A DNA stretch of 64,000 nucleotides from assembly GCA_964450385.1 (NCBI GenBank), contig CAYVEC010000007.1, positions 5,977 through 69,976 of the forward strand. The letters run 5' to 3'. Source of the stretch: an uncultured Planctomycetales bacterium. GTDB taxonomy: Bacteria; Omnitrophota; Gorgyraeia; Zapsychrales; JANLHA01. The position numbers were made by a program, and so were the translations under genes. The notes under the pieces are model-generated. The model did not search any database. It saw only the letters and a list, made by a program, of their open reading frames with translations, and had not been told where the DNA came from. Below are positions 36,292 to 44,818 of the stretch, one piece after another; the stretch's first letter is position 1; every line of letters begins with the position of its first letter.

Positions 36292-37719
36292 ATGAACGGG
36301 ATGCTGACGAACGGCCTGCCGGATATTTTTTTCACCGATGACGATGCCGCACGGCTGAGGCCGAACGCCGATTACGCGGCCTTCTCGAATCTCCGGCTTG
36401 CCGACGTTCAGGCGGCCTTCGGGATCGCGCTCCACATGCATCAGCCCACGATCCCCGCCGGCGGAGGGGCCCTTCATGAGGCGGCCCTGATCTCGAATCT
36501 GAAACACATGATGGACCATCAGGGGATCGGCGACAATCACAATGCCCCGGTCTTTCTTCATTGTTATTACCGGATGGGTGAGATTATTCCTGATCTTGTG
36601 GCCCGAGGCAGGAATCCGCGGGTCATGCTTGATTATTCAGGGAACCTCTTGTGGGGGATCCCGCAGATGGGAGAGACGGCTGCGGTCGAGACCCTGCGCC
36701 GGGTGACGTGCGACAAGAAATATTTTACCTATGTGGAGTGGCTCGGCACGATGTGGTCGCATGCGGTCGCGACCTCGACGCCGATCCCGGACCTTCGTCT
36801 TCATATCATGGCCTGGCGCCGGCATTTTGCCGCGCTGTTCGGCGAGGAGGCGGTGCGCCGGGTGAAAGGGTTCTCTCCGCCCGAGATGCATCTGCCGATC
36901 CATCCGGATCAGTGTTATGAATATATCAAGGCCTTAAAAGAGGCGGGATATGAATGGATGCTCGTTCAGGAGCACACGATCGAGAATGTGGATGGCGCCG
37001 GGATCCGCCGGCCGCATCTGCCGCATCGGCTGATCGCGAAGAATTCCTCCGGCGAGACCCAGGAGATCGTGGTCCTCATCAAGACGCAGGGGTCGGATAC
37101 GAAACTCGTGGCCCAGATGCAGCCCTATGCCGAGGCCAAGGGCCAGGTCCGGGAGGCCTATGCCGGGATCGATCTGCCCCGGATGGTCACCCAGATCGGT
37201 GACGGAGAGAACGGCGGCGTGATGATGAATGAGTTCCCCAGGGACTATCCGCGGGCCTTTGAAGAGGTCGGCCGGTCCGGGGTCGTGGCCATGAACGGAT
37301 CGGAATATCTCGATCATCTAAAAAAGGCAGGGGCCCGGGTTCAGGATTTTATTTCAGTTCAGCCCGTGGCCCAGCATCGCGTCTGGCACGAGATCGACGG
37401 TCATTATGGCCCCGGGGCCGCGGACGCGGCGATCGATCGGATCCGTCAGCGCGATCAGGGGTTTAATTTAGATCGTGCGTCGTGGACCTCCGACCGGAAC
37501 TGGGTCGCAGGTTATCAGGGCGTCTTGGGGCCGATCAACGCCCTGAGCGCCGCCTTTCATGCCCGTTATGACGGCAAGGCCGATGTCCGGTCAAGCGACT
37601 ATCAGCAGGCGCTCCTGTATCTTTTATTATCCCAGACGAGCTGTTTTCGGTATTGGGGCGAGGGGGCTTGGACGGATTATGCCAAGGAATTATGCCGCCG
37701 CGGCATGATTTTTTGCTGA
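36292..37719 (+). CDS. GH57-family-like alpha-glucan-active protein (HxHQP region)
   Basis: LHMHQP motif (GH57 region I); 475 aa; family call tentative. Confidence 0.5.
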   Translation: MNGMLTNGLPDIFFTDDDAARLRPNADYAAFSNLRLADVQAAFGIALHMHQPTIPAGGGALHEAALISNLKHMMDHQGIGDNHNAPVFLHCYYRMGEIIPDLVARGRNPRVMLDYSGNLLWGIPQMGETAAVETLRRVTCDKKYFTYVEWLGTMWSHAVATSTPIPDLRLHIMAWRRHFAALFGEEAVRRVKGFSPPEMHLPIHPDQCYEYIKALKEAGYEWMLVQEHTIENVDGAGIRRPHLPHRLIAKNSSGETQEIVVLIKTQGSDTKLVAQMQPYAEAKGQVREAYAGIDLPRMVTQIGDGENGGVMMNEFPRDYPRAFEEVGRSGVVAMNGSEYLDHLKKAGARVQDFISVQPVAQHRVWHEIDGHYGPGAADAAIDRIRQRDQGFNLDRASWTSDRNWVAGYQGVLGPINALSAAFHARYDGKADVRSSDYQQALLYLLLSQTSCFRYWGEGAWTDYAKELCRRGMIFC

Positions 37720-37917
37720 TTTTTTTATCCCTTCTGAAAATTTTTATATAAAATCCACAAACCATTGTGTTTTATGGGGTTATGCCTTCAAGAAAAGTTT
37801 GCGAAAGCGCTTTCTTTCATATATACTTTATAAGTACTAAATACTGATATTTGGAAGCCTTTGTGTGCCGCATTTCTCTACTCTTTTCAAATTTTATATC
37901 AAACGAAGGAGACAGGA

Positions 37918-40900
37918 ATGGTTTTGAGCCAGTACAAACAACGTCGGGGGTGTGTTTGTCGTGTGATCTCAGCGCTTCTTGTGGTTATCTTCTCTTCAAG
38001 TTTGATCCTTCCTCCATCCGTCGTTCAGGCTCAAATCATTCCAACATTGCCGCCGCCCGGGACCATGGTCATGGCGAGTCCGCATTTTGTTCCGGTCCTT
38101 TTAAAAGGGATTCAACCCGATCCGCAGAATCCGCTGCAATTCACCTTTTTTTTCAATACCGGTGATGTGAAGGAAAGCGACGAGGCCCTCCGGGCCGATA
38201 TCCTGCGGCTTATCCGATATTTTATGGCCGCGCTCACCGTGCCCGAGGATCAACTCTGGGTCAACCTCTCGCCGTATGAGGCGGGCCGGATCGTCTCCGA
38301 CTCCTTAGGCGCGACCGAGATGGGGATCGATCTCTTGGCGCAGGACTATATGTTGAAACAGCTCACCGCCAGCCTTTTATATCCAGAGAATGAACTCGGT
38401 CAGAAGTTCTGGAAGCGCGTTCAGCAGCAGGCACAGGCTCGGTTCGGCCGGTCCGATATTTCGCTTGAGGTTTTAAATAAGGTGTGGATCACGCCGAATG
38501 AGGCGGTTGTCTACGAACATAATGGCGCTGCGTATGTGGTGAAAAGCAGCCTGAAGGTTTTGTTGGAACAGGATTACATGGGCTTGGAGGCGAATTCATT
38601 ACAAGGGTCAGGGCCCAACGGGTCGTTGTCGAACGAAGGCCAGGCGATGTCCCCCGAGATGGTCTCCATTATAAAGGAAATCGTGATCCCTGAGATCGAG
38701 CGGGAGATCAATCAGGGCGAGACCTTTGCCCAGCTCCGTCAGGTCTATCAGTCGATGATCTTAGCGACCTGGTTTAAATTGAACCTTCGGCAGACCCTCC
38801 TGGGGCAGGTTTACGCGGATCAGCAGAAGGTGAAGGGAATTGACCTGGCGGATCCAGCGGCCCCGGAGGAGGTCTACAACCGCTATCTCGAGGGATTTCA
38901 AAAGGGCGTTTATGAATTTATCCGGGAGGATTATGACGAGGCCACGCATCGGGTGATCCCCAGGAAATATTTTTCAGGTGGTGTTGTTGTGCCGAAGGAT
39001 TTTAATCCTAAACGGATCACGGGCGAGCCTGCCACATTGTCTCCTGCCGACCGGGCGGTTGTTCGAGCGGGGCTGGCGTCCAACAATGGCGGAGACGGTA
39101 GCGCTCGGGTCGGGCTTGTTGAAAATGGAAATCCAGAGAGCCTTGAGGCGGCGAGGAGGCCAAAGGGCACAGACGGCGCGATGATCGCGTCACGGGTTGA
39201 TCTTACGATGCTAAATCCGCGAACCGAGAGTTCGGCGGTTGACCGGGCGCTCGTTCGGGCCGGGGGTGTCGTGGCCGGGGTCACCGCCTATGATGACCAG
39301 GGCCGGATCGCGGCGGCCCCGGTGTTAGTCGGCGATGATATTCAACAGAAGATGCAGGGCACGGCGATCATGATCGATGTCTCGATCGATCAAGGCGGCA
39401 ATATTCGACACCGATTGCCGGATGGTTTTAAATATTCTCATAGCACGCCCGCTGTAAAGAACCCGAATGGCCAGATCACCGAAGGGGTTCCGAATATGCT
39501 AGCGGCCATGGGTCAGCTCGCCACCCCGTATCTTTCCGAGGCGCGACAGCCGTATTTGATCGCCCTCATCAAGATGATCCAGGCCGTGCGTGACGGTCGG
39601 GAATTTTCAGCTGATGATGCGGTCCTGCGCACGGGATTAAAAAAAGGGTTCCGGTTCCTCGCGGGTGAGAATCTGGATGAGCAGGGCCTCTCACCGGAAG
39701 AGCTGGACCGAAAGATCCGCCAGGGCTTTGAACCGATCGCTGAGGGGCTACGGCGCGGGGCGACGTTGACGATTGGCGTGCCCGCCGAGATCCTCCAGGG
39801 GGAACGACGGTTCGGGATCACGCCGGTGATCGTTCAAGATCTTCAAGAACGATTCGGAGACGAGATCCAATTTAATGTGGAGCGCGGCGGCGGTGCCTTA
39901 AGCGAGATCAGCGATGGTGAATTTCCGTCGAGCGTTAATATGGTGTCTGCAGCCGGGGCTTGGAACAGCGATATTGTCTTAAAGATTAAGCAGCCTTTGT
40001 CAAATGAGCTTCACCGATTTCGCGAAGACGGAGTGATTTTTACCTATTATCATTTGGAGAACCGTTCGATCGCCGAGTCAGGATTAAAGGAGGCGCTCGT
40101 GGGCGCCAGGTCGTGTGCGATCGCCTATGAATCGGTGCGTGATGAGGCAGGCGGAACCCCGCTATTAAATCCGATGTCCCATATCGCCGGATGGCTTGCC
40201 TCGATGCGGTATGCCGTGTATCAGGGGCTGATCCGTGAGGGTTACGACCTGTTTAATGAGAGCGGGGTTCTTCGGTCTGAGGCCGTTAGTGAGATCAATC
40301 GCCGGCTCAAACCGATCATTGATTTTATTGCGGAAGGGGATCATTTTGACCGGCTTAAACGCCATGAATTGGTGATCACGCAAGACGTCCTCGCCGAGGC
40401 TGGTATCCCTCGTGATATTGGAGAGGTGGTGTTCCTCGGTGCGGGTCATGTGGGCCGAGAGGCTGCCCATATGTTTGTCCTGTTAGGTGGCATAAAGATG
40501 ACTGTCACCGAGACGAACCCGGCCCGTCAGGCCTCCTTGGCTGAAGACCTAAACAAGGTTGGAGATCGGGTCGCCCGTGATCACGGGATGCTGTCCCAAC
40601 AGTTCGAACTTGTGAGCGGGCCGATCCGTGTGGGGGCAGAGGATGATGTTCTTGCGTTCTATTTAAAAAATCGTGATAGCGCGGACCCCGCCCAATATAT
40701 CCTTGAAGTTGTGCCTCATGGCCGACGGGAGGGTCAATTTATTTTTAAATACGCTCTTCATCGTGTTAATGGTCACGCAACGGAGTGGAGATTGTCGAAG
40801 GAAGGGGCAGAGACTGCGACGGACATGTTCGGTATTGTAAGCCATGGGACCGATGAGGAACGGGACGCGCTGGCTGCGAGCTGGCCGCAGATCATTGATG

Positions 40901-43647
40901 AATTGGAACAGGCGAATGGGGGCAGGGTTCAAGTCCCGAGCGCTCGTGATGCCGGGATGATTAGCGCTCGGATCGGGCAGAAACAGGATATGAGTCTCCG
41001 CTTCGATGATCCTGTTTTGAATAAATTGATGAGGCGGGTCATCTCAGATAAAAGTGGTTTTGTGGTTTCGGATGTCTCGCTTGAGGCTATGCTGTCAGAG
41101 CTTGATCAAGACGGGCAGATCGCGCTCTTTCGTGGGGGGTTAGGGTTTTTGGCCGGAGAGACCTTCGGGGCGTATCGGAACGGGATCGGTGTCATGCCCT
41201 TGTACCATCAAAATTACAAGGGAAAACAAATTGATTGGCGTCATGAGAAGGGAATTCATGTCGTTACTGTTGATGGCAAAGAGTTAAAGTTGGCGGTTGA
41301 ACTGGCAGGGAAGACATATGAAACGACTGTTTTTTGGGTGAATCGAAAAGGCACTCCGGTCTTTTTGTTCGAGAATAAGGAGATCTTTCATCAGTTGTAT
41401 CCAGATCCGATGACCGGGGTCGAACGCATGCGTCAGTACGCGTTTTTGGGTAAGGCGTATGTAGCGCTGATGAATGCCTTGGAACTCAGGCCTGATATTT
41501 TGCGTCTTAATGAGGCTCAGCTGATGTTTGTTCAGCGCGCTATTGAGCTAGATCGTGCTGATAAAGGCGCCGACAGTGTGTTTGGTGGAACGCGGACGGT
41601 GATGACGAATCACACTCCAGAGAAGGCCGCATTGCCGAGGTTTTCACGGTACGTTGAAGGGGCGGGGCGGATGTGGTATCCCTTAGAAAAAGTGACGGGG
41701 ACCGATATGGTCTCATCTGATATGTTCGCCTCAGACGGCCAGATTAATGCCGCTGAATGGTTGGGACGGCGGTCGGTCTTGGTGACCGCGGTTTCAGAGG
41801 AACACGCGGAGGTGACGAAGCGTTTTGTCCTGCCGCAGTTGAGCGATCATATCACGGGGATCCAGAATGGATCTGATCCCGACGAGTGGCAGTCACCGGA
41901 ATTGAACGCCTTGATGAAGAAGGTCGGCCTTGAAGGTGTCACGGGTGAGGATCTGTGGCGTTTTCGGCAACAGCAGAAGACGCGGTTAAATGAGTGGCTG
42001 GCTCGTCACGGGGCCGGGGGATTTCATGATGTCAATCGTCCGTTATTTTCAGCAGTACGGCGATTGGTAACGTATAAAGCACAGGGGATCCTTGTTCCCT
42101 TGGTTGAGTGGATCACGGGAGATCCCGGGCGTGAGTATACGTTGCCGGATGGGAGCCGTCGCAATGGATTGGGTGCGAATCTCTTGGTCGGCGGTCCGGT
42201 AGCGGACACGATGGGCGAAGAATGGGCCCGGGAATTTAGGACATTGGCTCAGGATGAGCGGTTTCGAGGGAAGCTGGTTTTTGTAGAAGGGACCGGAAAA
42301 GAGATGATGCAGCTCGCGGCCTCTGCTCCGGACGGGTGGCTCGTGATGCCGCGTCTGACTCGTGAGGCGTCGGGGACCGGAGATCAACGGGCGGGGTTTA
42401 ATGGTGCGATCGTGATCGCGACCGCCACCGGCGGGCCGCTGGCGTGGGTGGAGGATGGAAAGAATGGCTGGCTGGTGGATCCGCTTGGGACCACAACGAC
42501 AAAGACACAAGACGGTGAATATGAACTCGGTGATGCGTTCAATCGCGTTGCCCTCATTTTGGATAATCCCGATCATCCGGAACACGCGGCTATCGTGGCC
42601 CGGTTTGAGCGTGAGGCTCAGGGGGTTTTTGCTGATCGGATGAGCCGGATCGTGATGATGTACCGGGCGTATGAGGCGGGGAGAGATAAGCGGATCTTGG
42701 GATTTATGAAGGGATCGTTTCAATCAGCCATGGAGAAGGTCTCCATTGACCGGATGATGAGTGACTATCAACGGTTGTTCCGTGAGGCGTTGAAACATGG
42801 GCAGACGAGCGACACCTTGGGCGCGGCGTCGTATGAGATCCAGCAGATCTCAGCGACTGAGGATGAGGAAAGGATCCGTCGATCTATTCAGCTGCTCAAG
42901 GATAGTTATGCGGGGCTCGCGGTCGATGGGAATCTTTCTCAATTGTTTAAAGGCCGGGGCCCGATTCGGGGAGTGATCCGCGATATTGCCGGGCAACCGC
43001 AAGTACAGGGCGGCGAAGAGGAGGCGCGGGTTGTGGTTGTGGCTGCGTGGCTCGTGGCCCATTTTGATCTTCGGTTATCAGCGGATGAATTCCGTATGCT
43101 GGTCCGCGGGATTATGACCCGTCAGGATCTTGGCGCCTTGATACGTTTTTCTCCTGAGATGCAGCGGCATTTTTATGAAGATGCCGAGAGCCTGCTCAAC
43201 GAGGTCATCCCCGGCGAGGAGAACATTGTCAAGGTTGAGGAGGGTTTCACGAGAGGAGAATCTCTGGCTCATATTTTGACACGGCAACGATTGGCCCGGT
43301 TGACATTGAAGCGGGCCTGGGCGAAGTTGCGGGCTCGCCACGAAACGCGTTCTGAAGGCACAACGCTGACCGAGCGATCGATTGATATTGACGTGCCTGC
43401 GGAGGGTCAGAAAACGGCCCCGGGTGGTATCGACCTTAATTCTGCGTATCTGGATCTGAAGATCGAACGCGATGGGCAGGGGGTTCCGCTCCCCATGTCT
43501 GAGCAGCCGGTGGATCTGATCCAACAGATCGAGGGGTTTGCCCCGGTCCTGATTGATATGACGCCGATCCCTGGGGTCTTGATGCTTTTAGGTATGGACC
43601 AGCAGGGCTCAGGAACGGTGGTGGGGCCGATGGCCAGGGCAGAGTAA
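37918..43647 (+). CDS. Giant (~1909 aa) secreted or membrane-anchored multidomain protein: unknown N-terminal region, AlaDH/PNT-family NAD(P)-binding module, GT35 alpha-glucan-phosphorylase-like domain, ~400-aa C-terminal extension
   Basis: Signal/anchor MVLSQ...ALLVVIFSSSLILPPSVVQAQ. AlaDH/PNT matches: IGVPAEIL...FGITP, FTYYHLE, IAYESV, LLNPMSHIAGWL, VVFLGAGHVGREAA. GT35 motifs: GGLGFLAGE, GVMPLY, TNHTPEKAALPRFS, EASGTGDQRAGFNG. Confidence 0.75.
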   Translation: MVLSQYKQRRGCVCRVISALLVVIFSSSLILPPSVVQAQIIPTLPPPGTMVMASPHFVPVLLKGIQPDPQNPLQFTFFFNTGDVKESDEALRADILRLIRYFMAALTVPEDQLWVNLSPYEAGRIVSDSLGATEMGIDLLAQDYMLKQLTASLLYPENELGQKFWKRVQQQAQARFGRSDISLEVLNKVWITPNEAVVYEHNGAAYVVKSSLKVLLEQDYMGLEANSLQGSGPNGSLSNEGQAMSPEMVSIIKEIVIPEIEREINQGETFAQLRQVYQSMILATWFKLNLRQTLLGQVYADQQKVKGIDLADPAAPEEVYNRYLEGFQKGVYEFIREDYDEATHRVIPRKYFSGGVVVPKDFNPKRITGEPATLSPADRAVVRAGLASNNGGDGSARVGLVENGNPESLEAARRPKGTDGAMIASRVDLTMLNPRTESSAVDRALVRAGGVVAGVTAYDDQGRIAAAPVLVGDDIQQKMQGTAIMIDVSIDQGGNIRHRLPDGFKYSHSTPAVKNPNGQITEGVPNMLAAMGQLATPYLSEARQPYLIALIKMIQAVRDGREFSADDAVLRTGLKKGFRFLAGENLDEQGLSPEELDRKIRQGFEPIAEGLRRGATLTIGVPAEILQGERRFGITPVIVQDLQERFGDEIQFNVERGGGALSEISDGEFPSSVNMVSAAGAWNSDIVLKIKQPLSNELHRFREDGVIFTYYHLENRSIAESGLKEALVGARSCAIAYESVRDEAGGTPLLNPMSHIAGWLASMRYAVYQGLIREGYDLFNESGVLRSEAVSEINRRLKPIIDFIAEGDHFDRLKRHELVITQDVLAEAGIPRDIGEVVFLGAGHVGREAAHMFVLLGGIKMTVTETNPARQASLAEDLNKVGDRVARDHGMLSQQFELVSGPIRVGAEDDVLAFYLKNRDSADPAQYILEVVPHGRREGQFIFKYALHRVNGHATEWRLSKEGAETATDMFGIVSHGTDEERDALAASWPQIIDELEQANGGRVQVPSARDAGMISARIGQKQDMSLRFDDPVLNKLMRRVISDKSGFVVSDVSLEAMLSELDQDGQIALFRGGLGFLAGETFGAYRNGIGVMPLYHQNYKGKQIDWRHEKGIHVVTVDGKELKLAVELAGKTYETTVFWVNRKGTPVFLFENKEIFHQLYPDPMTGVERMRQYAFLGKAYVALMNALELRPDILRLNEAQLMFVQRAIELDRADKGADSVFGGTRTVMTNHTPEKAALPRFSRYVEGAGRMWYPLEKVTGTDMVSSDMFASDGQINAAEWLGRRSVLVTAVSEEHAEVTKRFVLPQLSDHITGIQNGSDPDEWQSPELNALMKKVGLEGVTGEDLWRFRQQQKTRLNEWLARHGAGGFHDVNRPLFSAVRRLVTYKAQGILVPLVEWITGDPGREYTLPDGSRRNGLGANLLVGGPVADTMGEEWAREFRTLAQDERFRGKLVFVEGTGKEMMQLAASAPDGWLVMPRLTREASGTGDQRAGFNGAIVIATATGGPLAWVEDGKNGWLVDPLGTTTTKTQDGEYELGDAFNRVALILDNPDHPEHAAIVARFEREAQGVFADRMSRIVMMYRAYEAGRDKRILGFMKGSFQSAMEKVSIDRMMSDYQRLFREALKHGQTSDTLGAASYEIQQISATEDEERIRRSIQLLKDSYAGLAVDGNLSQLFKGRGPIRGVIRDIAGQPQVQGGEEEARVVVVAAWLVAHFDLRLSADEFRMLVRGIMTRQDLGALIRFSPEMQRHFYEDAESLLNEVIPGEENIVKVEEGFTRGESLAHILTRQRLARLTLKRAWAKLRARHETRSEGTTLTERSIDIDVPAEGQKTAPGGIDLNSAYLDLKIERDGQGVPLPMSEQPVDLIQQIEGFAPVLIDMTPIPGVLMLLGMDQQGSGTVVGPMARAE

Positions 43648-43691
43648 AGCGATCCGTTAATCTGTATTTGAAGAGGTTCGAAGGGGTCGGG

Positions 43692-43952
43692 CTATCGATT
43701 CATGCTACGGCGGATATCGTCCATCTTTCGGCGGTTCTCTTCCAGCTGACGCCGGTTCTCATCAAGGGCTCGTTGTTGTTCTCGCCGGATTGTGTCGGAT
43801 TGAGCGCGTTGATCACGTAACATCGTATCGATGGCCGGGAGTTCACTCGGGGGCGTGGTGTCACGCATGCTTTTGCTCATGAGGTCAATCAGGCCGAAGA
43901 AGGCAAAACCAAGTATTGCAATAATGGCGCTTAAGATTAAAATATGTTTCAT
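43692..43952 (-). CDS. Small membrane-anchored coiled-coil protein
   Basis: N-terminal TM ILILSAIIAILGFAFFGLI then Arg/Glu-rich helix. Confidence 0.4.
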   Translation of the reverse strand: MKHILILSAIIAILGFAFFGLIDLMSKSMRDTTPPSELPAIDTMLRDQRAQSDTIRREQQRALDENRRQLEENRRKMDDIRRSMNR

Positions 43953-44029
43953 AGAATAAGTATAGGGGGTCGTCAGGGAATTTGCAATCTGAGTTTTGTT
44001 GATCTGATCAGGTGAGATAACACAGGGAG

Positions 44030-44356
44030 GTGGCGATGGTTCAGCAGAATGATTTTAAAAAGGAATGGCCCAAGATTAAAAAGAAGCTCATGTCGATGAG
44101 CCAGGAGGCCCTGGTGCTCGCCAAGAAGGGCGAGGAACAATTGGTTAATTTTTCGAAAAAAGGAAAGCTCCATATTGATTCGACCGCCTTGTCCTTAAAA
44201 CGCGAGGCTGTGTTTGCTGCGATCGGCAAGGAATTCGTGAAAATGCCGGAAACGAGCAAGAAAACGGATAAAATGAAAAAATTATTGGACGAACTTGCTG
44301 GGATCAATAAAGAGATCCGCGGGATCAGCCGAAAATTAAAGAGCGGCAAGAAATAG
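44030..44356 (+). CDS. Hypothetical Lys-rich small protein
   Basis: 108 aa, ~25% Lys, GGAGG RBS; no family recognised. Confidence 0.45.
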   Translation: MAMVQQNDFKKEWPKIKKKLMSMSQEALVLAKKGEEQLVNFSKKGKLHIDSTALSLKREAVFAAIGKEFVKMPETSKKTDKMKKLLDELAGINKEIRGISRKLKSGKK

Positions 44357-44395
44357 CGGATGTTTGTTTTCGTCAGGATGTCAGCCAGCCAGGAG

Positions 44396-44419
44396 CCTTG
44401 AGGCCCCTCAGGGGTTTTT
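44396..44419 (+). terminator. GC-rich hairpin plus T5, terminator-like
   Basis: CCTTGAG-GCCC-CTCAGGG then G TTTTT. Confidence 0.45.
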
Positions 44420-44420
44420 C

Positions 44421-44449
44421 TTGACTATCCGGGAGTCCGATAGTATAAT
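44421..44449 (+). promoter_or_regulatory. Sigma70 promoter TTGACT-17-TATAAT for rpsO-pnp
   Basis: Near-consensus hexamers read directly. Confidence 0.65.
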
Positions 44450-44514
44450 AGCCAAACTTTTCAAAGGAAAAAGAAGACACAAGAACAGGTGGACGTAACA
44501 AGAGGAGTGGGACA

Positions 44515-44784
44515 TTGACTTTAGTTAAGGAAAAGAAGAAGGACATTATTGACAATTTTAAGATGCATGCCCAGGATACCGGGTCGCCGGAGGTCCAGGT
44601 CGCCATTTTAACAGAAAAGATCAACGAGCTCTCTGAGCATCTGAAGATTCATCGGAAAGATTTTCATTCCCGCCGCGGTCTTTTGATGATGATCGGCAAG
44701 AGACGACGACTCCTTGATTATCTGAAGAGCCACAAGTTGGACAAATACGAAGAGACAATCAAGAAGTTGAATCTCCGCAAGTAA
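44515..44784 (+). CDS. rpsO: 30S ribosomal protein S15 (TTG start)
   Basis: 89 aa; ...[29 protein letters not shown]... S15 signature. Confidence 0.9.
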   Translation: MTLVKEKKKDIIDNFKMHAQDTGSPEVQVAILTEKINELSEHLKIHRKDFHSRRGLLMMIGKRRRLLDYLKSHKLDKYEETIKKLNLRK

Positions 44785-44818
44785 GAATTAGTCATTAAAA
44801 GAGAAAAGAGGATGGTTT

